DNA of 63,998 bases, counting the filler, from Collodictyon triciliatum (lineage: Eukaryota): NCBI GenBank assembly GCA_043381765.1. It is 5 parts of 5 records of this genome, joined end to end, with 100 filler letters (N's around TTAATTAATTAA, not from the genome) between each part and the next. Parts side by side here need not be neighbours in the genome. Positions count along the whole stretch, not along the records: positions 27,321 to 40,877 come from JBHJMP010001966.1; positions 40,978 to 54,525 come from JBHJMP010001967.1; 3 more parts are not named here. One strand, given 5' to 3'. The position numbers were made by a program, and so were the translations under genes. Shown piece by piece: positions 39,701-52,213 of this stretch; position 1 is the stretch's first letter, and the number at the start of each line of letters is the position of its first letter. Under the pieces are notes generated by a model. That model was not told the DNA's origin, did no database searches, and saw only the letters and a list, made by a program, of their open reading frames with translations.

Positions 39701-40467
39701 TTTAGGTTTTAATTTTAAGGGTTGCCATGAAGTTTAAAAAATCATTTAAAAATTATGTTTAGAAGAAATCATTACTCCAAGGCTTCCCAAATGACCAACA
39801 CTTTGTCCAATAAGATACTGGAGGATGGCATTGAGCGAATCTAAAAGAGTTATTAATTTTCACCCATCCATACAAAATAAAAGATCAATAAACAAAATTA
39901 TTCAATGACAACCCTCTTAATAAAATGTTGAAATAATAGTAAGGCAAACCAGCGTAATGGGCCTGAGAAGCAACAGCATCATAATGGATATTTAGTTTCA
40001 GAAACCAATCAACGATGAGTTTTTGATTCTCGTCAACGAGGATCTCTTCTCCAATAGGTTTGTCACTGAAAAAAATGGAAAAGAATGAACAGGAAAAAAG
40101 AAAGAACAAATATTAAAATATGTGTATAAAATGATCGGAAAAATGGAAGTGATGAAAAGATCATTGAAATCATACGCAAACAAGCGTGAATGATAGTTTC
40201 CCAAGGACTTTCCGGTAACCGTCTCAATCAGCATGGCCAAAAAGAACCCGTCCATAAAATCATCCCGGATGTTCTTCGCCTTGAGCTCGATTTTTCCCAG
40301 GTAGTGGTTCGCCCATTCGAGGACAGCCTGTACTCAGTTGCCATATTAATTTATCAATCCTCTTCAATATATAAATATTAATGAATGACAATGTGTATAC
40401 GTGGGCGTACTTCATCAATCGTGACAAGGCTAACGTTGGCCTCGGGGCTTGTTTCGGTTGCAGACAT
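30777..40467 (-). CDS. NLR-like STAND NTPase: CH - DUF4062 - P-loop NTPase - TPR repeats - pentapeptide repeats - 7x WD40 - SEL1-like
   Basis: ATG at 40467. CH-like AVLEWANHYLGK..DDFMDGFFLAMLIETVTGK; DUF4062 VIRVFLSSTFRDMQRERD..FIDLRWG..CPYFVCSLGARYGW..SVTEYE; Walker A AESGIGKSSL; Walker B FVFLIDAINQI; HPLYLRIILDE; GLSESDL; TPR exons 33826-35018; NLSNSILDGANFTGANLSGVDF; WD40 repeats; ADCYENGWG twice. Contains an N-gap in an intron. Confidence 0.85.
31430..32365 (-). repeat. Seven 132-bp (44-aa) WD40-coding repeats
   Basis: Consensus GHxxxIxSVCSIQGPNGENWLASGSxDxTIRIWDxxTGNQI; the repeat is visible at nucleotide level. Confidence 0.9.
36122..36214. other. Scaffold gap (plain Ns) inside an intron
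   Basis: Ns between poly-A runs with no TTAATTAATTAA linker; the coding frame appears to continue across it. Confidence 0.85.
38246..38416. repeat. (TAAACA)n microsatellite in an intron
   Basis: Read directly. Confidence 0.95.
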
Positions 40468-40783
40468 GTTTTGGATATTCCTATTCCTCGGTTGGATATT
40501 GCGTAAATACATTAAGTTCATGATTATAGCGAATGTCATTTTATCAAAAAGTATACTGAAGTACATCAAGTCATTCTTCTTTTCATTAAGTAATTGTTTG
40601 ATTTTTGTTGAGACGGCGATGTTTCGTTATGTGATGTAGAATTGAGTTCGATTAAGGCGTTTTGATCAAGTTATTCAAAAGTAACCATATCATATATATG
40701 GTCGTCGTTGCTTTATTTGTAAATGAAGGACTTTTACTTCTACACTTTTTTTCCGTGCTCTGTCTTTGTGTGTTTTGAGTTTT

Positions 40784-40877
<94 letters not shown>

Positions 40878-40977
40878 NNNNNNNNNNNNNNNNNNNNNNN
40901 NNNNNNNNNNNNNNNNNNNNNTTAATTAATTAANNNNNNNNNNNNNNNNNNNNNNNNNNNNNNNNNNNNNNNNNNNN
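40878..40977. other. Artificial contig linker
   Basis: N44-TTAATTAATTAA-N44. Confidence 0.95.
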
Positions 40978-41052
<75 letters not shown>

Positions 41053-41473
41053 AAAAAACAAAAAACAAAAAACAAAAAAAACATCAAAATTAGAACGTAA
41101 TTTATAATTTCAAATGAAAAAATGCGTTGGGAGTCCACAGCTTTCTAGCAAATTTAAAAAAAATAGTACCAAAAATATATACCATTAGAATCCAACAACA
41201 GTAAACAGCCTCCAACCAAATGTCTCGAGTGAGTCAGTGCCATTTACAAAACTAGAAAAATACGACAAAAACAAAATTAATGATCAAAAATTACGAGAAA
41301 TTTTAAACCCTTTTTATAGCCCTGAACCAAATGATTCGACATCACCAACATCAACATAAAATCACTTAAAATATATACCTTTTCGAATCAAAGCAAGAAA
41401 GGCTGATCGAAAGAAAAAGTTGTTTCTACAATTAGCTGTAGTATTATTTTATTTGGTTCAATACTCTAATAAT

Positions 41474-41542
41474 TGTTTTGTTTTGTTTTGTTTTGTTTTG
41501 TTTTGTTTTGTTTTGTTTTGTTTTGTTTTGTTTTGTTTTGTT
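41474..41542. repeat. (TGTTT)n microsatellite
   Basis: Read directly. Confidence 0.9.
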
Positions 41543-42049
41543 GCTCAGAGGCGCTCATACCACGCGTACAAGCTTATCTCCCAGCAAACAATCTGCGTGC
41601 TGATGGGCTAAAATACAGATGCTGCGCTGCAAAGGTTATTTTATTTTAAAACCATTTGATTTACCACAGTACTAAAATTCCCTTCTCGAGTCTCACATAT
41701 CCTCAGACGAGAAAAATCAACAAATAATAACACCCCATGCCAACAATCTACCTTTTAATATCGTATCATAAAGGCAAGCTTATCTAACAGAAAATTGAAA
41801 GAAGTACAATCTCATACACAATCATCAATCACCCCGACGGATGTTTGAATTATAAAGACCTATCTTCACAACACTGTAAAGCAATACCACCGCCACTTTT
41901 CCTTCTCAAGCATAATTGCATCTTTTCAATATATATATTGTATCGACCACAATCTTTAAAATGTTATTACGGAATTTATGGATTATCACAAGACGTTAAA
42001 AATCAAAATTTTAGTAAAACTAAGCTGTTTATGTTGACAGTGCCGATTT

Positions 42050-42550
42050 TTCTTGATTCTTCCTTTCAATTTTGTGCAGGACCGTGGGGATGTTGGCTTT
42101 GGTTCGCTAGCCATCTTTTGTATGGGCGCTACTTGTCGGCCGGGTGGCAGAGAAGTAGTCGGTAATTAGGATTGCATCCTGCGGTTTGGCCTGTGGCCTG
42201 GGTGTTACAAAGGGGTGTCTGGGGGGCATGGGGGATTTTCCAAGAAGGGCAGACATGGAATAGATGGGGGACAATTCTGTTGGGTGTATTTTTGTGGGGT
42301 CGAAGCTCGGCGTAGATATGGTATCTCATTCCTCTCTCATGGAAGCACTCTGTTGGAGACGCCATTTTCTTCGAATGTTGTGGTGTATGCTCCGTTGTCT
42401 GGCAAAGCACACCCCGGCTGCCCTGGATTGGGTATAACTGAGGGCACAGGAGGAGGGCTCAGGGAATGCGTGATACAGGGCCGGAATCACACACACCGCG
42501 CACCCTGTGGGGTTCGAGCCACGTTCGCGCAGGTCAGACATGTTGATAGT
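42050..42550 (-). mobile_element. Probable 3' remnant of a LINE ORF2 (C-terminal zinc-knuckle-like motif)
   Basis: GC-richer island. The minus strand reads IVPHLFHVCP, resembling the HxxxxC half of the CCHC at LINE RT C-termini. Part of it is repeated at 17250-17400. Confidence 0.5.
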
Positions 42551-44299
42551 GCCGATAAAGAAGAAAAATAGACATAACCCATGATTGGTACCCAACTGTT
42601 ATTCCAATTAAACTTATATGACAAATGAAAAGGTCGTAGAATCAAAATATTTCCCTTTATTCTATTCAAGGTCGTAGAACCAGTCAAAGCACATATTCAA
42701 GGATACGAGCTGTAGATCGAATGTAGAAATTCATTTCAGAACGAGCATTCTAATGGTTACTAGTGATTTTTATTTTCTGATTATGAGAAATAAACATCAT
42801 CCAACATGAATACATAAATCTGCTCTTGGTTTAAAAGAGATTAAATCCACACATGCACCTTGCTTATTGCAGTACTTTCTTCTTTCCAAAATATGGTAAA
42901 TATTCACATTCTGGCTGTATTTGCACCTTTATATGGTGCCATCTTGCGATAATTTTTTGAAAAAAGGGAGATGTAATTCTAATTGAATGGTATTATGTAC
43001 GGCTAAAATTAAGATAATTAGATAATGATGACTTTCATTTTCCTGTATTCATTTCCACTATACTTTCACTAGGCACTCCAGATTTCTATGATTTCACACG
43101 TTTTAAGGTATTACTTGTTCTATATATTATCACAGAAAATATAGGTGACTAGCTGCATTTATGTGATATAACTGCTTAATGATATAAATTATTCTATTTT
43201 ACACTAACAATAAAATTGAACTACTCCTTATTACAAAGTAAACACTATCCGCTTGAGGTAGCTGTAATCAACGGGAAGGGTTCCATTTCACAGAATCTAT
43301 ATTTTCTCTCATGCATGCAAATATGGGCCAATTAATTTTACTATTATTGGGAATGAAGTCATAAAAACTATACATTATCTAAAGTAACATATCATGTGAA
43401 ATTTTTGATACAAATAAATTTGTTGAATTTTGAACTATTTTCTAATATAATCCTCATAAAAAGTCATTCAGCTAGACAAATGAATTTAGGCACGCACACT
43501 TTAATATGACACATGAACAACAAATGATTCTTAAAACATTCTTTTTGGTGTGATTATAACTATGGAATGATGAATATAAAGAGATTGAGCCAAAAATTGA
43601 AAATTAGAATGAAAGATATTGTTATGAAATATATAGAATTTATAGAAAGGCTCTATTCTGATAAATTTATTGAGAGAATAAAAATGAAGCTTCAATCGTA
43701 GGGGCTGAAGTTAACAAAATTACAATCTCAATAATATAGCCATTTTTTGATATCATGATAATTTTACTTTGTACCATTTTTCTTCAAATATAGAGGCAAG
43801 ATGGATACTTGTTCGGGTGCTCAAGTGAAGGTGATAGCTAATTATGAATGATTATTCCACCAATCATAATAAGCAATTCGTTGAAACTATATCAAATCCC
43901 CATAGAGAGCCGTGTGGACATATTTAAGCGCCTTATTTCTTTTTTTCGGAATCATTGAAAGGTTTCTCTTGCAGAATGCGATAAAGATGATTTAATCAAT
44001 TTTTAATTGCCTCATATATTCTTGTAAGCTTTCATGCATTTATAAAAAGAATTCATTCATATTGTACAATTAATATCAACAATATTTCACAATCCTATTC
44101 TTAAGGCCGAAAGATACAAGAACAGTAGTTGATTTAAAGAGAAAAAATAATTGGAAAATCGGCTCTTGCCTCCAGAAACGCTTTTTCAAACAGTAACCCA
44201 TTTCATAATGATAAAAATATGATAAATATGAAGTTATATATAGATATAAATATATAAATCAAAGCAATCATGGTAATTATCTATATTAAAAGCGTTAGC

Positions 44300-47200
44300 A
44301 TGAAAGCATCATTTCTCGGAATCATCCTCTTGGTATCGCTTGGTACAACCCGTTCCTTACACAGGTTCTTAAATATGCCATTTTAATTTTTTTCCAACAG
44401 CCAACTAAAATTTTTTATTAGGTCAAAATGCAAGCATACTAAGGAGGAGTTGCTTTCTATGAATGTCGAACATGCTTTTAAAATTCTGCTTCAATTCTAT
44501 GAAGAGTCTTGTTATTCCAATCCTGGTGATATTATACCGCATTATTCTCATGTAATGGAGGGTGCAGAAATCACAAAATTCCCAGAAGACAACGGATACT
44601 ACTTTGAACTGGAATCTGCAAGAAAGAATATTTGCCAAGATGATGAATATTATGATAATCCTTTAGTCCGCACTAGAGAAGAACCAAAATTTATGAAAAA
44701 AGAAGACACTCCCAACCAATTTGAGACTCTTGTCTTATTATATGATAAGCTGGGTGGCGATGATTGGTTTTTTAATTTTGGGTGGAAAGAAACGAATACT
44801 CCTATTTGCCTATGGGAAGGAGTTGAATGTTACTGGGACTGCACGGACGAAGAATATTCGGTACTTTGTAAAATGGGCACTTTTCATATTTTTATTCCCA
44901 CGATTATATGATATTTATTTTGACTTAAACATAAAATTTAGTGGTATTTAAATCAACTTTTATATAAATAGAAAAATACATGCCCTATAATTGGATTGTG
45001 GATGTCCAGCAATAACCTGAATGGGGACATTGCAGAGGCTTTTTCTATAGTCGAAAAACTTCCGTTCCTTCTTGACATGCACCTGAACCTCAATAATTTG
45101 CACGGGAGTATTCAAGGATTAACTCTACCTATTCTGCAGAATCTAAATCTTAGATATAATTTTATTTCTGGCTTACTTCCTGACTTTCAAGGAATTCCCA
45201 CTATTGAGGGACTTTTCTTCTCTTTCAACAAACTAAGTGGTAAGCTAAGTCTGAAAACATTTTTGTGCCGATAGCTTGTGAATTCTATTTTATTGAAGGT
45301 TCAGTTCCGAATTTCAGTGGCATTCCTTATGTTCTGGATATTAGAATTTTCGGAAATGAATTGAGTGGTAAGGAAGTAGTGATAAGTTGTATGTTTTAGA
45401 ATTCAATTTACTTATGATTAATTATATACTCCATAATATACTATATAATACGACAACTTATGATTATTTTAAAATTTAAACAAGGGATAATACCGAATTT
45501 CAACAACATTGGATTACTGAATCTGATTAATTTAGGGAACAATACTCTGAGCGGTAAATCTTCGATTATTTGCTAAATCATTGTGAAAAAGAAAGTACAT
45601 AAATGTTTGAATAACACTACAGGAATGATTCCAGAATTTCAATACACCCCGACGCTTCTAAGAATATACATGGAATTCAATCAATTGAATGGTGCGTTTA
45701 ATTGATTATTTATGAATTATCATGAAAAATTATGGTATCAAACTGTAAATAAACAAACAGGAGCGATTCCGGAATTTAAATTCACTCAAATGCTCCAAGT
45801 TTTGTTCTTAAGAGGAAATCAACTAATAGGTATTTTTTTTATTGGAATCCTTTATATATAGAAATTAATAATTCTAACATTCTCCGAATAACCATAAAGG
45901 AACTGTTCCGGAATTTCGATACACTCCGGCACTTCAAATTTTATACATGGATGCTAACCAGCTTAGTGGTTCTTATTTATTGATGCTTTTATTTTGACTA
46001 CTATATTTTAAATATTTTAATAAACTTTTAGGAACAATTCCAGAATTTCGATACACACCTACACTTCTAGAAATATCCTTGTTTTACAATCAACTAAGTG
46101 GTAATTTTGTTTCATCAATAATTTTACTTTGATGGGCATATTGTCAATATTTAAATAAAATTTTAGGAACAATTCCAGAGTTTCGATACACTCCGACACT
46201 TCAAAATTTACACATCGGAGCTAATCGGCTGAGTGGTGCTTTTTTTTATCAATAATTTTATGTTGAAGACCGTATTGTCATTATTTAAATAAACTTTTAG
46301 GAACAATTCCAGAATTTCGATACACTCCGACACTTCTAGAAATATCCTTGGCTTACAATCAACTGATTGGTACTTTTCTTTTATTAATGATTTTATGTTG
46401 ACAACCGAATTGTCATTATTTAAATAAACTTTTAGGAACAATTCCAGAGTTTCGATACACTCCGACACTTCTAGAAATATCCTTGATATTCAATCAACTG
46501 AGTGGTGCTTTTCTTTTATTAATAATTTTATGTTAACGACCGAATTGTCATTATTTAAATAAACTATTAGGAACAGTTCCAGAATTCCGATACACTCCGA
46601 CACTTCTAAGAATATACTTGATATACAATCAACTGAGTGGTGCTTTTTTATCAATAATTTTATCTTGGCGACCGTATTGTCATTATTTAAATAAACTTTT
46701 AGGAACAATTCCAGAGTTTCGATACACTCCGACACTTCTAGAAATATCCTTGGATTACAATCAACTGAGTGGTGCTTTTCTTTTATTAATAATTTTATGT
46801 TAACGACCGAATTGTCATTATTTAAATAAACTATTAGGAACAATTCCAGAATTTCAATATACTCCGACACTTCTAGAAATACACATGGGAGTTAACTTTC
46901 TGAGTGGTCCTTATTTATTTAATTTTGCTATGAAGAACTAAGTGATATAAGGCTTTCAATAACATCACAGGAACGATTCCAGAATTTCGATACACTCCGA
47001 GCATTTCAGTTTTATGGATAGCGGACAACTATCTGAGTGGTAATTTTCATTATTGTTTTATATTCAGATAAGTAAAATACACTCACCATCAACTTTGAAT
47101 GATAATACAGGAAGCATACCAGAATTTCGATTCACTCCTGTGATTCAATCTTTGAATTTAGCAGGAAACTGGCTTCGTGGTATTGTGAATTTTATGATAT

Positions 47201-50200
47201 TTGATTATCTTTTTTTTAAAAAAAAATTATTTTTGTCATAGGAACTGTTCCAAACTTCAGTGGAATTCCACACGTTACAGAAATTATATTGTCAAGCAAC
47301 GAACTTGATGGTAAGAAAAATTGAGATAAAATAAACAAATGCTAATATTTTATGATAGGGACAGTCCCAAACTTCAGCGGAGTCCCGAATCTTGAGGGTA
47401 TTTACATAACTAACAATCAGCTGACAGGTAATAATTTTTTCAATTAAAATTGAAAAATTGATTGATGGCTAATGTCTCTTTGCAGGAACAGTTCCAAACT
47501 TCAGTGGAATCCAAAACATCAAAGAAATAAATCTTTCATCGAACAAATTGAGCGGTTTGTTTTTTTCTAAATAAACTATTATTAAAAAATATTCTGCTAA
47601 AATGAGACGTTTTCAGGAACAATTCCAGATTTCAGCAACGTTTCTAGTATCGAGATTTTGGATCTTGTTGATAATGAATTAAACGGTGAAATATACTAAA
47701 AGAAATTTTAAAAGAAAGAAAAGTTAAAATTTAGATTAGTTCCTTAATATCACGCTTAATCATTAGGTCAAATTCCTACATTTAATAATTGCTTACAATT
47801 AAAAAGAATCTTGTTGTTCAGAAACTGTCTCAATGACTCCCTTCCTTCATTCAATTTGCCGTTATTGAAGATGTTCGATGTCAGTGAAAATTTCTTGACA
47901 GGTACTATACCCAACAGCTGGAGTTCTCTATCAATAGAGGAACTAGACCTCTCAAATAACAGGATGAATGGAACTATTCCAAGCGTTTTTGAAAAATTTG
48001 AAAAGTTGGAATCTTTGACCTTGTCTAATAATCAATTTCATGGAACTATGCCTAATATGTTTTGGAATCTCCCTAATCTCATCTCCGTAGACTTGAGAAA
48101 TAACTCATTTTCAGGGGAAGTAAGTTATTTCATATCACCTGACAATGTGAATTCGAATTATGTGTACAATTACGAAACGCTGATTCTAGATGACAATCAA
48201 CTCTACGGGGAACTGGGCGTTAATGTTTTCGATTATGTAACAAATGTGAGGACCATAAGCATAAAGAACAATATGATATCGAAATTAGGTGATATAACTT
48301 TTTTATCCAGATGGACTTCACTAGACTTGTCTGGGAATCCAATATTTGGTAGCATATCTGAATCCTATTATCTATTCATCAAACTCGAGTATTTAGGCTT
48401 GAAAAATACGAGTATGAATCATGGCTCTTCGGATTTTATTCCCTCCTTTATGGATATCACCGAGTCCTACAGTTTAGAAAAGACGACAGACAAATATTCA
48501 TGTCCGTTGATTGTCTCGCGTTTAGGGTTGATAGAAACGGAAGTGGATATTGACCCAAATTACCATGACTTTGGTATGTGCAAATGCTTGCCGGGATACT
48601 TTGGATTCGGAAACCGATGTATCAAGTGCCCAAGAGAATGTGATTGCAATGACGGCGTTTCCTTGGAAAAGTGCTACTTCACGCCAGAGCTTGTTAAGAT
48701 AGCCCAAATAGTTCCATGCATGAATCCAAACGTGTGCAAATTTTATATTCCAGAATACATGCCTAAAAGAATGCTCATTAGCAATGATACATATGATTTC
48801 CCGTGTGAGAAGGGGTACACAGGGAGAAGTTGCTCTTCATGTGAGGATGGATACTTATTTGATAGCGGTGAATGCAGAGAATGCTCATCAGATTACTCTG
48901 CAATCAAAGTTATTGTGTTTCTTCTTCTGCTGTTTTTCGGAGTTGTCTATCAGGTTGGATTTGCTTGGGTAGGTGAGAGCGTAGATGACATCGAGGAGAA
49001 ATATTGCACCAGAGGCGGACCCGAGGACCAAATTGATTCAGGTAAGATAACTGTCGATGTATTCAAATTAATAATAATTTTACTATTCATTCTTGTATTC
49101 AATTTTTTTTTGTATCAGCATCGTTGGACATTTTCCTGTTTTACACACAAATCCTACAAGTTCTTGGCGATATTGTATATTTGCCGGAGATAAACCTTGC
49201 TGGAAAATTCGTCGGCAATTTGTTTTCATTAAAATTGCCAACCCTGGAGTGCATCGTTGGGAATCGCCCCCACATCACATCGCTATTGAATTTGGCTCGG
49301 ATCCCCACCATCCTTTTCATAGCTTTATTGGGATTGAAAAAATTTATCGCAAAAAGGGACAGGAAAAACGTCGAAAAGGTTTGTGAATTCGGTATATATA
49401 AATACATGTATTACAACATCGAAACTGACTTTGATAACGAACAGGTTGTCGGAGTCATGTTTATTTTCCTGGAAGGGACATATTTCTCGGTGGTGCAAGA
49501 TGTAGTGAGCACTTTTGGATGCACCATATATGATAAAGGGTTTGATTTGTGGTTTGTCAACACCTATCCATGGATACAATGCAACCCTATGACTGGCGAA
49601 TATGCAAAAATGATATCTGCTGCAATACCAGGCTTGCTGTATATGATTTTGTATCCGAGTTTCTTGTGGTTTATAGTAAAAAGAGCGAGGAGGCTTAAAA
49701 AAATTCAGCGTAAAAGTAAACAAGAAGACCTGGAGAAAACTGATTTGGTTTGATTAAATACGAGAAAATCAAAAAAACTGTAAAAATTTTAATCTATTCT
49801 ATCACACAGGTTACAAGTGACCCAAAACAGGAGTGCGAAATACATATTGAAATCAAGAGTATTGAACCTAGTAAATACACCTATGAAACGAACATTGACG
49901 GTGTTGAAGTAAAAAATTTCGACAATGATTCCAGCATTCCATCGGCTGTTCAGAGCAATTTAGATGATGAAAAGCGGAGTGATGCGAACAGACAAACTGG
50001 AGAAAATGATAATATCGAGATGAGTCAATCAACTTTTGAAATCATTTGCCAGGTTCAAGTGGATCGAATATCTGCTATCTACGAAGAGGTAAGGAGAATG
50101 ATAAATGTGTAAATGATTTTTATTTTGCAGCATCAGTTTCAATACTAACATAAATGAATGCGAAGAAATATGACTGGTGGGTGGTTATCAGAGTATTTCA

Positions 50201-50694
50201 ATCGATTTTGTTTGGATTTACTGCATTTGTTGTCCCCTACACATCACCGGCAATTCTCTATTTTGTCTTCTTCATACTGATTCAGGTTGGCACCTTATAT
50301 ATGAACTTGATAAATTGGGTTGAGTCATTTTAATTTTAACTTATAGATGTCGATTACGCTTCAAAATCGATTTGAGCCGTACCTTTTGGACTCTGATGAC
50401 AGCTTTTCGATAAACTGCTGGTTGCTGCTCTATCTCTCGTTTTTCGGTGCGCTAGTTCAGCAACTAGTTCCCGGAAATGACTGGATAGTTTACACAGTTA
50501 TCGGGCTGAATGCCGTGTTCATCGCCGACTTTATCATTCCTTTTGTTTTGGAAGCATTCAGTTCAGTGCTTGCTCTACTATTTGGTGTTGCAGCAAAACT
50601 CACTTCCAACAAGCCCAGAATCGTTGAATTGAAAAACAAGATTTCTGAGCTCATTGAAAAAATGGTGAGCACGTTTCTCAATCAAATCCTTTGA
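44300..50694 (+). CDS. Cell-surface receptor-like protein: signal peptide - LRRNT - ~30 LRRs - Cys-rich region - multi-pass TM domain
   Basis: Signal peptide MKASFLGIILLVSLGTTRS; LRRNT LYDKLGGDDW..GW..ICLWEGVEC; plant-like LRRs (LxLxxNxLsGtIP), 18 of them on single 69-nt exons at 45299-47685; CKCLPGYFG..CEKGYTGRSCSSCEDGY; several hydrophobic helices (DIFLFYTQILQVL, WWVVIRVFQSILFG, WLLLYLSFFGAL); stop at 50694. Confidence 0.9.
45900..47039 (+). repeat. Tandem array of ~132-135-bp exon+intron units, one LRR each
   Basis: Recurring ..ttag|gaacaattccagartttcgatacactccgacactt..aatcaactgagtg|gtgctt.. units; introns 46505-46570 and 46772-46837 are identical. Confidence 0.95.
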
Positions 50695-50796
50695 GAAATA
50701 ACTTTGAAAGTTTTGCCATATTTCTCCAATCTACAGCAATCCAAAGGACTAAAAATAAAAATAAAAAAAAGTTCAATCATTCCATTTTCATGGACT

Positions 50797-50849
<53 letters not shown>

Positions 50850-51599
50850 AAAAAAAAAAAAAATGAACGAGCATCATAACAAGTTTTATACAACAACGGA
50901 TGTATTTTTATTCGGTTTAAAGTGTTCAAGGGGTAATATTGCACAGGAGCGAGATAGGTGCGCAAGGTAGAGAGCCGACGCGAGAAGAAGACGCTCTTGC
51001 TAAGAAGCTGTCGCTCGAAAAACATTAGGAATAGCGAGTTACTCAGGCAGGCGGCCCAACTGGTTGATTTGTTGCGTGGGAAGCAGTCGTCGGATAAGTG
51101 ATGGTGGAACATGGATGCATTTTTCGGCGATACGAAGCTCCCATCCTTTTGGAATGTGACTTGTTGAAGGATGAAGGAGCTGTTTCCTTCTCTTGGATTA
51201 ATGACACAGAGGCCTTTTGCTCTATCCCAGCAAAGTTGACCCGTAACAGCATGTAGTTGGGCTGACTCGCACATTTCACACTCTTTATACAGAATCTTCC
51301 ATCGTGCTAGTAGCGGCTCGGGCGTGTTTGGTGGTTGATGGGATTCTGCTCTCACAAAATTGTGCCTTGAAGTACGAGCATAAAATATTTTTAGTACATG
51401 TTTGATATATCAAATGCTTCACAAATCCCAACAGCTTTGTATGAATTATTGACATTGTTGGAAGACCCAAATCTCGACGGAAAGAGTGTTTTGTTGCTTT
51501 TCAGCAAAAGGTTATTTTAAGAAACATATATCTTTCTTCAAGTGTCCATGAGAATTGAAACATCTCATTTTTTTTATTATTATTCATTTCTTGCTTTTA

Positions 51600-51856
51600 T
51601 CTGTTGTCTGCTCGATAATGAAAGCTTTTCCTATTTTGTTCTGTTTAGATATTCGACCGCTTATTTTTGCAAACTTCCCTTCTACCTAAACAGTGAATCT
51701 CCGTTGTCGATGTCCAGCTGCAGACTCGACATGTTTGTGCGTTTGAGCGACTTGGAAAAGTCAACGACATGTCAAATCAAGAGCATGGATATCAATACGT
51801 TTGACGGCGTCGAGTCGCTCGAGCAAGTGATGGAGTGGATACATGCTAGCACTTGA
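51600..51856 (+). pseudogene. Possible C-terminal remnant of an Arf/Arl-like small GTPase
   Basis: PLIFANFP followed, after a frame change, by MFVRLSDLEK..DGVESLEQVMEWI*, resembling an Arl C-terminus. No G1/G3 motifs are seen. Confidence 0.25.
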
Positions 51857-52213
51857 ATCGAAAACACTCACTCACCAAAGTATGCTTCTTTTCATGGCTT
51901 TGTTTGGGACGGTCATAATGTAAAAAGAGAAAACAAATAAAATGAAAATGAAACACAACAACAAATAAACAAACCACATTCTACTCTATCTCTATTTTAG
52001 TTTAAAAAATAGATAAGTATGTTCCAGACAAATGAATTGTCACAGAGGAAGAAAAATAATCAAATTGACATTATGCGAATTCTTCCTTACTTATCCCTTC
52101 TTTTTTTTTTTAATAAATTGAAAAAACTGTTTGAAAAAATTGGATTTTTGGTTGTTTTTTAAAGTGTAAGTGTTCTGTTTTATTTATTTATTTTTAGCTC
52201 TGTTTCGAAATGT

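Noticed and set aside
46208-46870. Minus-strand repetitive ORFs (MSECIETLELFLKVYL...)
   Set aside because: Antisense shadows of the LRR exon-intron array, most of whose units are multiples of 3 in length.
45900-47039. Repeat-spacer pattern resembling a CRISPR array or a DGR template/variable pair
   Set aside because: The units are GT-AG-bounded coding exons in a eukaryotic gene. No cas or RT gene is adjacent, and the variation is not confined to adenines.
30777-50694. Apparent head-to-head pair of the NLR-like gene and the LRR receptor (sensor/helper cluster)
   Set aside because: An artificial contig linker at 40878-40977 lies between them, so physical linkage is not supported.
50777-51470. 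192-aa minus-strand ORF
   Set aside because: No recognisable motif or clear splice structure, and its length is inflated by a poly-A run. It cannot be supported as a gene.
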